From: Vulcanimicrobiota bacterium
Lineage (GTDB): Bacteria > Vulcanimicrobiota > Vulcanimicrobiia > Vulcanimicrobiales > Vulcanimicrobiaceae
Direction of reading: 5' to 3'
Length of the DNA: 64,000 nucleotides
NCBI GenBank assembly: GCA_963723515.1
Contig: CAVRQT010000003.1
Span: forward strand, 960,001-1,024,000
Made by a program: the position numbers and the translations under genes. Positions 31,539 through 41,006 of this stretch are shown here, piece after piece (position 1 is the stretch's first letter; every line of letters starts with the position of its first letter). Below the pieces are notes generated by a model, which worked only from the letters and a program-made list of their open reading frames with translations, made no database searches and was not told the DNA's origin.

Positions 31539-31940
31539 CTAGCGGCGAAGCTCTCGCGCCGCCCGTAAATCTTCCTTAACGTTTTCAATGGTCTGTTCGG
31601 GAATCGGCGGCCCCGCTTCCTGAATCTTTCGCTTGCCCATCAGCGCCAGAATTGCCGTCGCGATAGCCCAGAGAATCGTCACGATCAACGCTGCAAGCCA
31701 CGCCGGCATCGCAAGCGCTAGCGCGATGATGACAAGCGCCGTCAGCGAGAATAATGTCATCAAGCCGGTCAACGCCGAGCCGCTCAACATGCCGGCGCCG
31801 ACTCCAGCCGTTTTTGCTTTCTCTGCCATCTCGTCGCGTGCGGAGCGCAGATCGTCGCGCACCAACACCGCGATGTCGCCTGCAAATCGCTTTAGAGATT
31901 CCGGAAACGATTGGTCTTGGTCTTGATCGTCGTCTTCCAT
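31539..31940 (-). CDS. Phage holin-like family (YhjD/DUF1469-type) membrane protein
   Basis: LVRDDL..AR.EM..KAK.AG.GAGM, WLAALIV, P.PEQTIENVKED. Confidence 0.8.
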   Translation of the reverse strand: MEDDDQDQDQSFPESLKRFAGDIAVLVRDDLRSARDEMAEKAKTAGVGAGMLSGSALTGLMTLFSLTALVIIALALAMPAWLAALIVTILWAIATAILALMGKRKIQEAGPPIPEQTIENVKEDLRAARELRR

Positions 31941-32082
31941 TCGAAAATGCTCCTGTAGAAAGTGCGGATGGTTAGCAATTATGCCCGCTACGGGGCATTT
32001 CGAAAGAGCCCGATTTCATCGTTTGATGGAGGCGGACTTTGGGCAAGTTTGACTGCAAAACTCACTCTGGTGGAGGACTAGC

Positions 32083-32463
32083 ATGCCCCGCAAATCGAGC
32101 AGACGCAAGGCCACTTCACGTACCGCAGGGCGCGCGAAAACGCAGCGCAAGCGCTCGGGCGGCGGCGTCAAGAAGGCCGTCGGACGCAGCGCGAAGGGCG
32201 CACGCAAGGCAGTCGGACGAACCGCAAAGGGCGCGAAGAAAGCCGCCCGCGGTGCCGCAAAGGCCGTCTCCAAAACGGCTACGACTGCGACGCGCACCGT
32301 CAAGAAAGCAGCCTCTAACGTCAAGGCAGGGACAGGACGCGCGCGCGAAGTCGGGCGAGCCATGACGACCGCCGGCGTCATCATTCAAGAAAGCGCCGAC
32401 GTGATCGATTCGATGGCCGACCGCGCCAAGAAAAAGACGCGAGAACTCAAAAAAGAGCGCTGA
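32083..32463 (+). CDS. Histone H1-like Lys/Arg/Ala-rich protein
   Basis: GGAGG RBS; highly basic; KAVGRSAKGAR/KAVGRTAKGAK repeats. Confidence 0.75.
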   Translation: MPRKSSRRKATSRTAGRAKTQRKRSGGGVKKAVGRSAKGARKAVGRTAKGAKKAARGAAKAVSKTATTATRTVKKAASNVKAGTGRAREVGRAMTTAGVIIQESADVIDSMADRAKKKTRELKKER

Positions 32464-32470
32464 GCATTTC

Positions 32471-33346
32471 GTGAAGCTGCGCGACATCGGCGCGCTGCTG
32501 AAAGCGACCTTCCAGCAATGGAGCGAGCATAAGTCGCCGCGGCTTGCCGCGGCGCTCGCTTACTATACGGTCTTTGCGATCGCGCCGCTACTGATTATCG
32601 TCATTGCTATCGCGGGTCTGGTCTTCGGGCACGATGCGGCCGCAAAACAGGTTCTCGGGCAGATCGGCTCACTGACGGGACACAATACGCAAGCGCAGTT
32701 GAGTGGCATGATCGCGGCTGCAAGCCGCCCGAAGGCCGGTATCATCGCCACAGTTCTTGGGGTAGTTACGCTGATCTTGGCGGCATCGGGGGTCGTCATT
32801 CAACTGCAAGACGCACTCGACGTCATCTGGGATGTGGAAGAGAAAGCGAGCGGCGGACTCTGGCAGACGATCCGTACACGTCTGCTCTCGATCGGCATGT
32901 TGCTCGGACTAACGTTTCTGCTGATCGCCTCACTTGCCGTCAGCGCCGGACTCTCGGCTGTCAATACGTACACCAGCGCACTCGTTCCCGCGGCCGCTTA
33001 CGGCATGCAGTTCCTCAACGTCATCTTCGATATCGTGATCCTCTCCCTGCTCTTTGCAATCATCTACAAGTATTTGCCGAAGGCGGAAGTGTCGTGGAAA
33101 GACGTGCGGTTCGGCGCCGTGATGACGGCGGTACTTTTCATCATCGGTCAGTTCATCATTACACTCTACCTTGGCAAATTGAACGCCAGCTCGCCGTACG
33201 GGGATGCCGGAGCGCTGATCATTCTCTTATTGTGGGTCTATTATTCGGCGCAGCTGCTGCTCTTCGGCGCGGAGTTCACGAATGTTTGGGCTGAAAAGTA
33301 CGGCGACCGCATCGCGCCCGCCAGCTCGAAGAAACAAAGGAAGTAA
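32471..33346 (+). CDS. YihY/virulence factor BrkB family membrane protein
   Basis: AAALAYYTVFAIAPLL, YGDAGALIILLLWVYYSAQLLLFGAEF. Confidence 0.92.
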   Translation: MKLRDIGALLKATFQQWSEHKSPRLAAALAYYTVFAIAPLLIIVIAIAGLVFGHDAAAKQVLGQIGSLTGHNTQAQLSGMIAAASRPKAGIIATVLGVVTLILAASGVVIQLQDALDVIWDVEEKASGGLWQTIRTRLLSIGMLLGLTFLLIASLAVSAGLSAVNTYTSALVPAAAYGMQFLNVIFDIVILSLLFAIIYKYLPKAEVSWKDVRFGAVMTAVLFIIGQFIITLYLGKLNASSPYGDAGALIILLLWVYYSAQLLLFGAEFTNVWAEKYGDRIAPASSKKQRK

Positions 33347-33395
33347 TCATACTTTACCGCTCGAGGGTAAAGAATCACTTTCGCATTCGGAGGTT

Positions 33396-33893
33396 GTGCA
33401 TGGCATCATACTTAGAACCGGTTTGGCAGTGATAAGCCTAGTGCTCCCGCTTCTTCTCGTCGGCGCAAAGCCTGCGGCGCATCAGCCGTCGCACAACAAG
33501 CAGATCATGCATCAGCTGGTCAAGATCAACATGGACCTCGACTTTAAGCCCCATCGGCGTTCTTCATTCGGCAAGCTGCAAGGGTACGACCCGGTTGAAG
33601 TTCACGTGCATCAGAACGACCAGATTCAATTCATCAACACGGACGATCAGGCACACACCGCCACAGGCATGTCGTATACCGGCCAAACTGCGCCTTCACA
33701 TTACCAATTTCACGGTGATCTGACCAAATCGCATGGGCGCATTATCGACTCGACCGAGTGGAGCACCGGCAATGTGCGCGCGCACGGCGGCAAGTCGCAG
33801 ATTTTCATCGCCAAAACCGTTGGGCATTATTTCTACGGTTGCGCCTACCATATCGGCAATGGCATGATGGGCGTCATCGTGGTCGGCCCGTAA
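33396..33893 (+). CDS. Secreted cupredoxin (plastocyanin/azurin family)
   Basis: FINTDDQAHTAT; YFYGCAYHIGNGMMGVIVV (H...C-x2-H-x4-M type 1 Cu site). Confidence 0.8.
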   Translation: MHGIILRTGLAVISLVLPLLLVGAKPAAHQPSHNKQIMHQLVKINMDLDFKPHRRSSFGKLQGYDPVEVHVHQNDQIQFINTDDQAHTATGMSYTGQTAPSHYQFHGDLTKSHGRIIDSTEWSTGNVRAHGGKSQIFIAKTVGHYFYGCAYHIGNGMMGVIVVGP

Positions 33894-33914
33894 AGAAAAA
33901 ACTAGACCGAAGAG

Positions 33915-34772
33915 CTACGCCGCAGCGGCGATTCGGTCGCGATCCTCTTCACTGAGCTCGATCGTCGCCGCTGCGACGTTTTCTTCAAGATGTTCAAGCG
34001 ACGAAGTTCCCGGAATCGGCAACATCAGGTTGCTGCGGTGGAGAAGCCAGGCGATTGCGATCTGATGCGGACTGACGCCCTTCTTGCGCGCAACCTCAGC
34101 GATTTTTTCGGCTTCCTGAATGTCTCCGGCGTCGAGCGGAAACCACGGGATGAAGACGATGCCATGGCGCTCGCACTCCTCTAAGACCCCCTCGGAATGA
34201 CGATCCGCAGCGTTGTAGCGGTTCTGCACCGAGACGATCGTCGCGACGGAACGCGCAATCGCAAGTTCTTCTTCGTTAACGTTGGAAACGCCGATGTAAC
34301 GGATCTTGCCTTGCGTTTGCAGGTCCCGTAGGGCGCCAATTTGCTCGCTGTATGGCACGGCCGGATCGACGGCATGCAATTGGTAGAGCTCGATGCAATC
34401 GAGCCGCAGGCGGCGCAAACTTCCTTCAGCGGCCTTCTTCAACTCGGCCGGGCGGCAGTCGCGACCCCATTGGCCGGGACCTGTGCGCGTCGAACCGCCT
34501 TTGGTTGCAATCACGAGGTCGGCCGGATACGGATAGAGCGCTTGCGCGATCTGCTCTTCATTAATATCGGGGCCGTAGGCGTTCGCCGTATCGATGAAGT
34601 TGACGCCGAGCGCGACGGCACGTCGCAACACCGCTAGCGCATTTTCAGGATCGGTGGGAGGTCCCCAGACACCCGGCCCGCACAGGCGCATCGCGCCGAA
34701 GCCGAGCCGATTGACGGTTCGTTCGCCGATCTGAATCTGACCGGCCGCTGCTGCACTGACTGCTGTTTCCAT
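33915..34772 (-). CDS. Aldo/keto reductase
   Basis: RLGFGAM, FIDTANAYG, IATKGG, SLRRL, GKIRYIGVSN, PIPGTSS..HLEEN. Confidence 0.93.
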   Translation of the reverse strand: METAVSAAAAGQIQIGERTVNRLGFGAMRLCGPGVWGPPTDPENALAVLRRAVALGVNFIDTANAYGPDINEEQIAQALYPYPADLVIATKGGSTRTGPGQWGRDCRPAELKKAAEGSLRRLRLDCIELYQLHAVDPAVPYSEQIGALRDLQTQGKIRYIGVSNVNEEELAIARSVATIVSVQNRYNAADRHSEGVLEECERHGIVFIPWFPLDAGDIQEAEKIAEVARKKGVSPHQIAIAWLLHRSNLMLPIPGTSSLEHLEENVAAATIELSEEDRDRIAAAA

Positions 34773-34809
34773 ACGAGCCATTATGCCCGCAGAAGCCAGA
34801 AGGTTGCGC

Positions 34810-35511
34810 TTAGGTCGGCGTTCCGATGAACCGGATCACGAGCACGAGCAGACCCAAGCCAACCACACCCGCGATGAAGCCTTCGGCGACCGGACCAAGC
34901 TGGCCCAGCGAAAAACCGCCGTAGTTGTACGGTTGTGTCTGCAGCCAATTGACGTATCGCACGACATCGAGCAGATCGCGTTGCGGCAGCGTGCGTTGGT
35001 CAAAGCGCGGCATCTCTCCCGGTCCGACGCGAATCGCTTCGGCAACCTGTTCGACGCTGGCGTGCATCAGCGATGGCGCGTAGGCGCCATATCCGATCGC
35101 GTTGCCGACGCCTCCCGCACTGTGGCACGCCTCGCAATTGCTTGCGAAGAGCTCCCGCCCGCGCGGTAGATTGCCCGTATTGTCAACGTGTGGAATCGGC
35201 GGTCCGCCGTTCGTTCTTGCCGTAATGAATGATTCCAGCGCTTCGATTTGCCCGGCGTCGAACTTCGGCGGCTGACGAGCCGCTTGGCGCGTCGGATCCT
35301 CGACCGGCATGCGCCCCGTCGTCAGCATGAAGTCGACCGCCGCTGCACCCGATTGCTCGAGTGAGGGTCCTTGCGCCGTTCCTTTGAGATCGACACCGTG
35401 GCAGCTCGAGCAGTTCGTTTGATACAACACCGCCCCGCTATCGGCAAAGACAGGCGAGCGCAACGCGCACAGCATTCCAATCAAGAGCAAGAATCGTCGC
35501 GCGAGGGTCAT
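34810..35511 (-). CDS. qcrC: Diheme cytochrome c subunit of the bcc complex
   Basis: CSSCH and CEACH, GAAAVDFMLTTGRMP, C-terminal GPVAEG + TM anchor. Confidence 0.85.
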   Translation of the reverse strand: MTLARRFLLLIGMLCALRSPVFADSGAVLYQTNCSSCHGVDLKGTAQGPSLEQSGAAAVDFMLTTGRMPVEDPTRQAARQPPKFDAGQIEALESFITARTNGGPPIPHVDNTGNLPRGRELFASNCEACHSAGGVGNAIGYGAYAPSLMHASVEQVAEAIRVGPGEMPRFDQRTLPQRDLLDVVRYVNWLQTQPYNYGGFSLGQLGPVAEGFIAGVVGLGLLVLVIRFIGTPT

Positions 35512-35885
35512 CGGCTTTCTCGAACGAGCGCCCACAAGACGGCGAGCATCAAGACAAAGCCAACTACACCGAAGAACGGGAAGATGATGAAGCCGCCGAG
35601 CGTCAACGCGGCGCACACCGCAAGCAATATCGGCCAAGGGCTGCGCGTGGTGAAGATGCCGACGCGTTCTCCGGCTCCGTGATCGAGGCGCGCGGTTGGA
35701 TCATCCGCTGCGAGTTGCGCGCCGCGTTCGGCAAAGAAGACATAAACCGCGATGAATCCCATCGCGACAGCCATCAGCCCAAGGAGCAACAATCCGGCGT
35801 ATTCACGCGCCCATCCCCAGTAAATTGCTGCGACGACCGCACTGAAGACCAGCGACGATATGAACACTTGAACCGCCGCCTTCAT
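35508..35885 (-). CDS. ctaF: Cytochrome c oxidase subunit IV, actinobacterial type
   Basis: Three TM regions; GAGERVGIF...SPWPI. Confidence 0.8.
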   Translation of the reverse strand: MKAAVQVFISSLVFSAVVAAIYWGWAREYAGLLLLGLMAVAMGFIAVYVFFAERGAQLAADDPTARLDHGAGERVGIFTTRSPWPILLAVCAALTLGGFIIFPFFGVVGFVLMLAVLWALVRESR

Positions 35886-37510
35886 GTGCTGTGCGCCAAC
35901 TCCGGATGTTTTGCATCGAAGACGGGCCGCTCCGAGCGAATAGCCGGGAGCGACGTGAAATTCAGCTTTGGCGGCGGCGACGTCGTGCCCCACTCCAAGG
36001 AATATCCGCCCCAAGGATCATCGCCGGCGGGCTCCGCTCTGCGAAGCGTGACGGCGACGTCGATGATGAAAACGACGACGGCTGCCGCAAAGATAAAGGC
36101 ACCCAGCGTTGAGATTCCATTCAAGATGCCCCAACCGGAGAGATCCGGATACGTGTAAACGCGTCGAGGCATTCCGAGCGCGCCAAGCAGATGCATCGGC
36201 AGAAAGATCACGTTAAACCCGATCAGCGCGAGCCAAAAAACCCACCGTCCAAGCCGCTCTTGCAAACGGTAGCCGAAGATCTTCGGAAACCAAAAGTAGA
36301 TTGCGGCGAAGATCGCAAACATGCTTCCGCCGCCGAGCACATAATGAAAGTGAGCGACTAAGAAGTAGCTATCTTCGGCGTGAAAGTCGATCGGCGGCGA
36401 GGCGACCATCACGCCCATGATGCCGCCGATCAAGAAATTCAGCATGAAGCCGATCGTGAAGAGCATCGGCGTATCGAATGCAATCGAGCCGCGCCACATC
36501 GTGCCGATCCAATTGAAGAATTTGATTCCGGTCGGTACGGCGATCAAGAACGACATCGCCGAGAAGAACGGATTGAGCACGGCGCCCGTCGTGAACATAT
36601 GGTGCGCCCAGACGCCCATCGAGAGTCCCGCGATCGCAAAAGCCGAGAGAACGAGTCCGAAGTAGCCGAAGATCGGCTTGCGAGAAAAGACGGCGACGAT
36701 CTCGCTGACGACACCGAAATACGGCAGAATCATTACGTAAACTTCGGGGTGCCCGAAAAACCAAAACAGATGTTGGTAGAGAACCGGGCTGCCGCCGGCC
36801 GACGCATCGAAGAAGTGGCCGCCGAGCCGTCGATCGATCAACAGCATTGCCAGCACCGTCGCCAGCGGCGGAAACGCCATCAAGATCAACAGCGACGTCG
36901 CTACCATTTCCCAGGTGAAGATCGGAATGCGCCACATCGTCATGCCCGGAGCGCGGTAGATGAAGATCGTCGTCAAGAAATTCACGGCGGTCATGATGCC
37001 CGAAACGCTCGTTAACGCGAGTCCGATCGCCCAAAGATCTTGCCCCGTGCCGCCGTCGATCTGGACGCTGGAGAGCGGCGCGAATGCCGTCCACCCTGCG
37101 GACGCACCGCCTTCTGCCGTCAGCAAACCGGCGAAGACGGTCAGCCCGCCGCACAGAAACATCCAATAGCTTAAGGCATTTAATCGCGGAAACGCCATAT
37201 CGGCAGCGCCGATCTGCAACGGAATCAGATAATTCGCAAGTCCCAATCCAAAGGGCGCCACGAAAAAGAAGATCATCGCCGTTCCGTGCAGCGTGAACAG
37301 GACGGCGTAGAGATGCGGCGATACAAGCGCGGCCCCCGGCCGAGCCAACTGCATACGAATCAGCAGCGCAAGAATGCCGGCGAGAAAAAAGAAGGCAACG
37401 CTCGTCGTCATGTACAGCACGCCGATTTTCTTGTGATCGGTAGCGGTCAGCCAAGATAGCAAACCAGATTCCAGCGGCGAGGGCGCCTGGTGCACGGCCG
37501 TTGCGTTCAT
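35882..37510 (-). CDS. ctaD: Cytochrome c oxidase subunit I (A1-type heme-copper oxidase)
   Basis: TDHKKIG, HGT.M, DMAFPRLN, WFFGHPEVY, WAHHM, VAHFHYV, GMPRR. Confidence 0.97.
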   Translation of the reverse strand: MNATAVHQAPSPLESGLLSWLTATDHKKIGVLYMTTSVAFFFLAGILALLIRMQLARPGAALVSPHLYAVLFTLHGTAMIFFFVAPFGLGLANYLIPLQIGAADMAFPRLNALSYWMFLCGGLTVFAGLLTAEGGASAGWTAFAPLSSVQIDGGTGQDLWAIGLALTSVSGIMTAVNFLTTIFIYRAPGMTMWRIPIFTWEMVATSLLILMAFPPLATVLAMLLIDRRLGGHFFDASAGGSPVLYQHLFWFFGHPEVYVMILPYFGVVSEIVAVFSRKPIFGYFGLVLSAFAIAGLSMGVWAHHMFTTGAVLNPFFSAMSFLIAVPTGIKFFNWIGTMWRGSIAFDTPMLFTIGFMLNFLIGGIMGVMVASPPIDFHAEDSYFLVAHFHYVLGGGSMFAIFAAIYFWFPKIFGYRLQERLGRWVFWLALIGFNVIFLPMHLLGALGMPRRVYTYPDLSGWGILNGISTLGAFIFAAAVVVFIIDVAVTLRRAEPAGDDPWGGYSLEWGTTSPPPKLNFTSLPAIRSERPVFDAKHPELAHST

Positions 37511-38181
37511 CGATGAGCCGCCGTGCTACGTTTCTGCGCGGCCATCCAACGATTGAAATCGGGCGGCGAAAGCACGCGGACTTTAAAGGTCATCAGCGCA
37601 TGGTTGAGGCCGCAGAACTCAGCGCAGACGCCGCGGTATTCGCCCACCACTTTGGGCTCGAGATCGAAGCGATTGATGATGCCGGCGATCGCATCTCGCT
37701 TGAAGAGAAAGGCCGGAATCCAAAACGCATGGTTGACGTCGGTCGTGGAGAGTTCAATTTGGGTTGTCTCTCCCGCAGGCAGCACAAGTTCGGCCGGTCG
37801 CGTGAAGGTCCCAACGAAGGCGGCGCCGCTTTGCGGGTAGTCGAACCGCCAATTCCACCGGAAAGCCGTTACCTTGACGATCGCGGCCGGCCGAGCGCTG
37901 ATGCGCTCAACGTCCGCTTCAACGTGATACGTCAGCCAAAAGAGCCCGGCGACGATGAGCAGCGGCACGATCGTGTACGTCAGCTCAAGCACCGTGTTCT
38001 CTTTAAACTGCATCGGATACGCTTCAGAGCGACGACGGTAGCGGATCAAGCACCAAAAGATCAGCCCGTAAACGATCAGCGCGACGAGCGCACCTACGAA
38101 CGTGAAAATACCCCAAACCCGCGCCATCTCTTGGGCTTGCGTGGTCGTATGCACCGCGCTGAAAAGCCGGTCAATCCCCAC
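37507..38181 (-). CDS. ctaC: Cytochrome c oxidase subunit II (CuA)
   Basis: LELTYTIVP, WNWRFDY, DVNHAFWIP, CAEFCGLNHALM. Confidence 0.95.
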   Translation of the reverse strand: MGIDRLFSAVHTTTQAQEMARVWGIFTFVGALVALIVYGLIFWCLIRYRRRSEAYPMQFKENTVLELTYTIVPLLIVAGLFWLTYHVEADVERISARPAAIVKVTAFRWNWRFDYPQSGAAFVGTFTRPAELVLPAGETTQIELSTTDVNHAFWIPAFLFKRDAIAGIINRFDLEPKVVGEYRGVCAEFCGLNHALMTFKVRVLSPPDFNRWMAAQKRSTAAHR

Positions 38182-38238
38182 GAGAGGAAACTACCCAGAA
38201 AACGCGGCTCTAAGAGCATCGGAGGGTATAGAACGGCG

Positions 38239-38805
38239 GTGAAGGGCTCGCGAGCGCTACCGTTGCGGACGCATCCGCTCGTCTTCGGCGTCGTCGTTTT
38301 CTTGGCGTCGGAGCTGATGTTTTTTGCCGCTCTCTTTGCGGCGTATTACAACCTTCGCTCGTTGAACTCGCCGTGGCCACCGCCCGGCGTCCACCTACGG
38401 CTCCTTGAGTCGAGCATCGGCACGGCGCTGCTCGCGCTTTCAAGCTTTTCGATGATCATGGTCTCACGCTACTTGGCGCGAGAGCGCGTTGCCATGAGCC
38501 GTGGCTGGCTTGGCATCACGATTGTTTTGGGGACGGTGTTCTTTGCGATTGCGATGCATGGTTGGGCCGGTAACACGTTTCGCATCGACACAAACGCGTA
38601 CGGCTCGCTCTTCTACACGATGACGGGGTTCCACGCGCTTCACGTCATCGTCGGGATCATTTTGATGGTCGGACTTTTCGCAGGAATGCGCAGGCCGGCG
38701 TTTCTGACGCAAGGACGCGCCGGCGCGGAAGCGATCTCATATTACTGGCACTTTGTCTTCGTCGTTTGGCTCGGCATTTGGGGCTCGATCTACCTAATCC
38801 GCTGA
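38239..38805 (+). CDS. ctaE: Cytochrome c oxidase subunit III
   Basis: FLASELMFFAALF, YGSLFYTMTGFHALHV, YYWHFV. Confidence 0.93.
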   Translation: MKGSRALPLRTHPLVFGVVVFLASELMFFAALFAAYYNLRSLNSPWPPPGVHLRLLESSIGTALLALSSFSMIMVSRYLARERVAMSRGWLGITIVLGTVFFAIAMHGWAGNTFRIDTNAYGSLFYTMTGFHALHVIVGIILMVGLFAGMRRPAFLTQGRAGAEAISYYWHFVFVVWLGIWGSIYLIR

Positions 38806-38809
38806 ACCG

Positions 38810-39635
38810 ATGAAGAGCGTGAGCGCCGTTTGCCTTGCCGCATTGTTTACCTCACTGCTCGGCAGCATCGGCTTTGCTTTCGCGTATGCTTCGCGGCGGG
38901 AGCGAAGCGCTGCAAGGCCTGGCACTGGGGGCAAGCTGCATGGGCTTAGCGATCTTCTTCATTACCTACGGCAAATTCGGGGTCGAACAGCGGCAAGTTG
39001 TGGAGTCTCGTCGACACCAGGACGACCCGAACGCACTGCAGGCGTCCGATTTAGACCTCAACGACGCGAGGGTGCCGCGCTATCGCCTTCTGCATGGTTT
39101 GCTCTACGGCGCGCTTGGCATGTTTGCCGTTGCGTTGCTCTTTCCGATTCGCTCGCTCGGCTCACGGATGACATCCGCTCAGAGCCGGACGGGTTGGGGC
39201 CGGGGTGTGCGCGTCGTGCGTTCTGACGGCTCGGCGGTGCACAAAGACGATCTCGAAGTTGGATCGATGGTGACCGTCTTTCCGCAAGGCGAGATCGATA
39301 ACGCAAATGCGCAAACAGTGCTGATTCATCTGGGAAGTGCAGCGGGTGAACTTCCGAACGGTCGCGCATCGTGGAGCGCCGCCGGCTATGTCGCGTTTTC
39401 GAAAGTTTGCACGCATGCCGGCTGTCCCGTCGGCCTCTATCGTTCAGCCGCAGCGCAGCTGCTCTGCCCGTGCCATCAATCGGTTTTCGATGTTCGAGCC
39501 GCGGCGCAGCCGATCTCAGGTCCGGCAGCAAGAGCGCTGCCGCAATTGCCGCTCGAGATTGCCGCGGACGGAACGCTGATCGCCGCCGGTGATTTTAGCG
39601 ACGCGATCGGCCCCGACCGCTGGAACTACCTGTGA
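38810..39635 (+). CDS. qcrA: Rieske iron-sulfur subunit with 3 N-terminal TM helices; frameshift near 38895
   Basis: SKVCTHAGCP...CPCHQS.F, GPAARALPQL. Confidence 0.9.
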
Positions 39636-41006
39636 TCAAAGCGTTCGTTTTTTGGCTCGAGCGGCGAATCGACGCACATTCATGGACGAAAAAAGCGCTC
39701 GACAAAGCATTTCCCGATCACTGGTCGTTCATGCTCGGGGAGATCGCACTCTATGCGTTTCTGTTCTTAATCGCGAGCGGCACGTTCTTGGGTTTGCTTT
39801 TCGAGCCATCGGGAAACCGTGAGGTGTATAACGGCCCATACCAGCCCTTGCGAGGTGCGCACGTTTCCGGCGCCTTTGCATCGATCTTGCGACTCTCGCT
39901 CGAGACGCCGGCGGGTTTGCTGCTTCGGCAAGCGCACCATTGGGCCGCGCTGATCTTCGCCGGCGCGATCGTCGTCCACATGAGCCGCATCTTCTTTACC
40001 GGCGCATTTCGACGACCGCGCGAAATCAATTGGATCGTCGGCTTGACGCTCTTTTTGCTTGCGCTCGTCGCCGGCTTTACCGGCTATTCGCTTCCTGACG
40101 ACGCGCTCTCCGGTACCGGACTCAAAATCGCCCAAGCGATCGTGCTTTCCATGCCCATCCTCGGCGGTTGGGCGTCATGGATCTTTTTTGGCGGCTCCTT
40201 TCCGAATCCAAATGTGCCGGGACGGCTATTCTTCGAGCATGTCTTCTTGCTGCCGGCGGCAATTGCAAGCGCAATTGCGATCCATCTCTTCGTGATCTGG
40301 CGACAGAAGCACACGCAATTTCGAGCCGACGGGACGTTCCGAGAACAACGTCGTCGGCTCGCCGCTGTGGCCGAATTACGCACTGAAGTCGATCGGCTTG
40401 CTCTTTGCGGTGTCGGCGGTAGCGCTTTTTCTCGGTGCGTTCGTGCAAATCAACCCAGTATGGCTGTACGGGCCATACGTTCCATATCAAGTCAGTGCGC
40501 CCGCGCAGCCCGATTGGTTCGTCGGCTGGCTCGACGGCGCGCTGCGCCTTGGACCGCCGTGGCTCTTGCGCATTTCACATTACGCGATTCCGCCGCAGTT
40601 TTGGCCTGGCGTATTGATGCCGGCGGTGCTCTTTGCGCTGCTCTATCTCTATCCGTTCCTCGAAGCGCGCGCGATGAAGGACCGTAGCGCCCATCATCTT
40701 CTGGACCGGGCGCGCGACGCGCCGGTGCGTTCGGGGATCGGCTTTGCCGTTTTGGCATACGCGCTCGTGTTGCTGATGGCGGGCAGCGACGACATCCAAG
40801 CCCGCGTCCTACACGTTCCAATCGAAAGCTTCACGACGTTATATCGAGTCCTGGTCATCGTCGCGCCGGTACTGGCAGGCCTCATCGGCTATCGCGTTTG
40901 CAGGGAATTGCGCGCCCGCGAGCCGCTGTTAGCGGCGCACCCGCCGGCGGAACGGCTCGTACGCACCGCAACCGGCGGCTATGAGGAAGAGCCGGTGCGG
41001 CAATGA
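39632..41006 (+). CDS. qcrB: Cytochrome b subunit of the bcc complex; frameshift near 40335
   Basis: FPDHWSFMLGEIALY, RQAHHWAA, HMSRIFFTGAFRRPREINW, KHTQF; QINPVWLYGPY...QPDW. Confidence 0.93.

Noticed and set aside
31539..31940. Holin as evidence of a prophage
   Set aside because: No other phage genes nearby; this family is a common chromosomal stress-associated membrane protein.
36369..37454. 361-aa alternative-frame ORF and similar Arg-rich ORFs throughout
   Set aside because: Typical GC-rich off-frame shadows of real genes, with no motifs.
37501..38238. Long N-terminal extension of CtaE (434-aa ORF)
   Set aside because: Antisense shadow of ctaC; subunit III similarity starts after GTG 38239.
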